From Candidatus Saccharimonadota bacterium (GTDB lineage: Bacteria; Patescibacteriota; Gracilibacteria; BD1-5; UBA6164): 32,000 bases of DNA. Below, one piece after another: positions 28,601-32,000 of the stretch; positions within the stretch are counted from its first letter, which is position 1; each line of letters begins with the position of its first letter. The notes beneath the pieces are model-generated. The model worked only from the letters and a program-made list of their open reading frames with translations, was not told the DNA's origin and searched no databases. The position numbers were made by a program, and so were the translations under genes. The DNA is taken from positions 810,001-842,000 of the forward strand of contig OZ245768.1 of the NCBI GenBank assembly GCA_965227835.1, given 5' to 3'.

Positions 28601-31600
28601 TATTTGTAAAAACATTTATAGGATCAGCTATACGTGTTTTAGCCATTTCAACTAAAAACTCTGTTTCAAACTCCAAATTAACAAAAGTTTTTACTTGTAT
28701 TTCATCTACAAAAGGATAAGAAAATTGAGGTAAGTTAAAATCTAAGAAATCGGGAGTTCTAAATCATCCTCCCTCTGTTAAAAATGCGATTAAATCTCAA
28801 GCTCTCCACTCTGGAACAAAAGGAGATTTTTTTACTATACACATTATTTTTACTATAAGTTTGAAAATATTTAGTACTCATTCAAGTTCAGCAAAAAGTT
28901 TAGGTAGTTTTGGGGCAGGAGGTAAATCCGGAAGTCTTACAGTAGGCAAGTTTGGTAAATCAGGTAGAGTTGGAATATCAATACTAGGAAGTACTTCAAG
29001 TTCTGGAATTACTATATTTACACTTGGTGCTGAAGGTAAATTAAGTTCAGGTAGAGGAGGGAGAATAATAGGTCTTTGATTAAAATCAAACTCTGGCAAT
29101 ACTATATTTAAGTTTAGTCTAATACTATGTAAATCTAAAACTATATCTGGCCATTTAGGAAATTGGATTACAGGTATTTTTGGTATAAGGAAACTAATTA
29201 ACTGCATTATAAATGTCATGAGATCTGATCTTTCGTTTTTACATTCATGACACTGAGCTTCAAAATCAAAGAATATATCAGCCAAAAGTTGCCAAGATTT
29301 TAATATAGCTTTTATTAAAATATAGAGTTCAACCCAAGTTCTGAATATCTTACCGTTTCTAGATAACCATCATCATGTAATTTCTTGGATATTATCTATA
29401 TTACAAAGTACCTGTTCTAGGTAATCTTGTTTTTTGTTTGCAAGCCTAGCAAGTTTTTGAGGAATTTCTCCATATGAATCTATAACCTGTATATTTTTTT
29501 CTACACTTGAAACAAATCTGTTTGCATCCAAAAGTATCTTTTGGGATAAAGCATTTTCTTCAAGACATTCTTCTTTTTCTTGAGGATCTGTTTTTTCATC
29601 ACAAGAAAGTCATAAAGTCCGGCTTGCAACTGCTTGTTCTATTTCTTCTTTATATCATTCTAGGGAGTTTTGCCATAATAATTTAGTAGATTCCAAGGTT
29701 TTTTTGTCTATCCATGGTATATTTATATTTATAGGTTCTCAACTAATTGATACAAAAGGAACTCTTCATAGAAAATCATATACTTCTTTTATACCCGAAG
29801 TTTGTTTTTCTACACTTGTAGCAGTGTTATTTATAAAATCTCATCATACAAGATTAGTATTTCCAGGAGAAGAGCTGTTATAAGCATCTTGTTGTCATGA
29901 TTCTAAATCTTTAAAATATTCTCACCAATCAGCACCTTGTATGCTTGAAAAATCAGGTAGTATCACAAAAAGTGTAGGAAAATCTGTAAGTTTGGTAATT
30001 ATTTCTTCAAGCTGTGCTGTAACCCAGTCTGTTATAAAACTAGGAAACCCTGCGACTCTACTTTGAGAAATCTCATTTACACTACCAAGACTAAATCCAT
30101 CTTCTGAAAAATCCAAAGAAAGACTAATATCTGATTCATCTCAAGTTCATCAATTTACAGAAATAATAGAGTTATCATTTTGTATATCATAGTTATTATA
30201 GCTACCAGGTTTGGCAGGATCCTCAAAGGCATTTTTAAAAGCATCTTTTAGATTATCAGAAACTTTTCAATTTTTTCTATATTCTAGGTAATATCTAGCA
30301 AGTCCTGTATTTATCATATTGGAAGATGGAAGTTTTTGATGTCAGCTACTTTGAATACTTGTTCATCATCCACTATTTCATCATCAACCACCACAACTTC
30401 AATTTACTACTCAAAATGATGATCATCAATAGGTTCCTCATCAGTAATAGTTTACTTGTCAAATACTTCAAGGATTTCAATTTATTTCTTCATCTTTACA
30501 TAAATTTGGCATAGGAGCAGCAGCAACTATACAATTTCAACCTGGAATAGCAGGACTAGCTCAAGGTGGTGGAAGATTTCAAACAACAGAAGCTGGTCAA
30601 CCAAAACAAGCAGCAACTCAAACTCAACCAGTAAGAGTTGGTGTTACATATAGCCTAAAAACATTTGTGGGAGAATTTGCTCAAAGCATTCATCATGCTC
30701 ACATAGAAGTATTACAAGATCATCTAAAAGCAAAAGGAGAAATAGGCCATATCATAGGTACTTGAAAACATCACCAAGGACCGGGAACATTAAATCAAGT
30801 TAATCATGATATAATTGGTATACCTTCATTTACTTTTAATCAGTCTCAAATAGGAAATCAAAAAAGTGTAGGGTCTCATCCAGGAGCAAGTGGTGCCCAG
30901 TTAAGTGGAGAAGCAAAACAATTTCATCAACCAAATCAGCATCAAAATCATTGTATTAGGTTATCTAAATCAGCTGATACAGAATCAACTTTGCTATTTA
31001 TTTTACCAATCATATCAAATATATCATCATCAGCATTTATCTTTCTAGAATCACTATAATCTTTTAAAGCTTCCTGAGCATATTCAGTTAGAGCATTATT
31101 ATTGGTTTCGTATGAATCATCTAAGATTAAATCATCTGAATCATCATTTAGCTCATCTATATAATCAGGAATTCAATTATTGTTAGTATCAACATCATTT
31201 CTAGCAAGTTCTTCTGGAATTGGTGAGTTATCACAGCTTTGGGTTTGAGCTCATTTTTGGTATGATTTTTGAGAATTTGATCTAAATATTTCTCATTCTC
31301 AACCACAACTATTATTGCTACTGCTGACTCTAACATCTCAAAACGAATCATCTCAAGCTTCATCTTTTTCAAAAAGTCCAACCTCTATAGAACCAAAATT
31401 AAGTGCTTTAGTTGATACTCTATAAGTAATATTTATCTCTTCTTGGGGGTTTAAGCTAAATTTGTCCACCATAAATTTATATTTTCAAATACCTGGTCTT
31501 ATGATTAAATCATCTCTATCTTTTTTGATAGAATCAAAATCAATTTCAAAAAACTCCATTGTATCTTCCAAATATACTATATCTCTAATAACTTGTGTAT

Positions 31601-32000
31601 TTGTATTGTTTTTCAGGGTAACATTTATTTCAACTATATCTTTGTATTTAAGATTTCATCAATTTAGGTCTGTAAAAGTTTTTAATACATCTATTCAAAT
31701 TTGAGAAGCAAACTCACTTTTTATAAAATCTGTTTGCTTGGTATGATTTTCTTTTGTGGGGTCTATATCGGGATCATATGCTAGTTTTTCAAACATCAAT
31801 CTTTCAAGCATATTTACTGGTACTTCTGGAACTTCATCACTACTAGGTTCTTTTTTATCATCTATTCACCTAAAATAAAGAGCTCACATTTCATTTGTAG
31901 AATTTCAACTAAGGCTTATACCATATCAAGAATTTATGGTATTTTTTTCAAAATCTAGGCTTCAAGATTTTCAGTAAAAAATGTTTAAATCTCAGTTAGA
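25650..32000 (-). CDS. giant surface/secreted-type protein, 3' part only (more than 2116 codons in window; start lies beyond 32000)
   Basis: The minus-strand frame with codon ends equal to 2 mod 3 has no TAA/TAG from 32000 down to TAG 25650-25652. It joins track fragments 29922..30116, 28878..29285 and 28005..28187 through many TGA codons. It contains a Gly/Cys/Pro-rich hydrophobic block and an LP-rich block. No family recognised. Confidence 0.8.

Noticed and set aside
26419-31704. Track ORFs 26419..26607 (+), 28861..29079 (+), 30326..30514 (+), 31157..31381 (-) and 31462..31704 (+) inside the giant gene region.
   Set aside because: They are antisense or off-frame relative to the single TAA/TAG-free minus-strand frame spanning 25650..32000. 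ORF 31157..31381 is minus-strand but in a different frame (its end coordinate is 1 mod 3 rather than 2).

Overview
This AT-rich bacterial segment only makes sense under genetic code 25 (UGA = Gly), as used by Candidatus Gracilibacteria/BD1-5 and Absconditabacteria/SR1 (Patescibacteria/CPR). In-frame TGA sits at invariant glycines of IleRS, PcrA, PilC/GspF, an AAA ATPase and a LysM domain. The supplied standard-code ORF track is therefore heavily fragmented, and many of its ORFs are antisense shadows. I re-read the window by eye with TAA/TAG as the only stops.

Gene content, left to right:
- a small glycine-zipper membrane protein
- a non-coding structured leader followed by an orphan MazF/PemK toxin
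- a 1677-codon ileS
- a GT2 glycosyltransferase
- a polytopic membrane protein
- two hypothetical proteins
- a minus-strand type IV pilus-like operon (PilN-like, PilO-like, PilC/GspF, four pseudopilins)
- a coiled-coil/PD-(D/E)xK-like (DUF3782-like) protein
- a T4SS-pilin-like small protein and a TraB/GumN-like protein
- a hypothetical protein
- pcrA/uvrD
- an AAA_14/DUF4143-type ATPase
- a higher-GC two-gene cassette (large membrane protein plus LemA)
- a LysM protein with four 108-bp repeats
- the 3' 6.35 kb of a giant (>2100 aa in window) surface-type protein

Most notable observations:
1. ileS carries three large in-frame insertions. Two are histidine-phosphatase (PGAM-like) domains. The third is a REPtron-like unit, a RayT/IS200-like Y1 transposase flanked by inverted GC-rich hairpins. 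It also carries a separate 50-bp GC-rich palindrome, and all of these stay open in frame.
2. The LemA cassette, and two other membrane-protein genes, completely avoid TGA-Gly. Two of these genes end on TGA directly followed by an intrinsic terminator, which looks like standard-code genes sitting in a recoded genome.
3. MazF has no protein antitoxin, but is preceded by a roughly 250-nt multi-hairpin leader that ends in a terminator.

I found no rRNA, tRNA or CRISPR array. All family calls are motif recognition by eye. No database search was possible.
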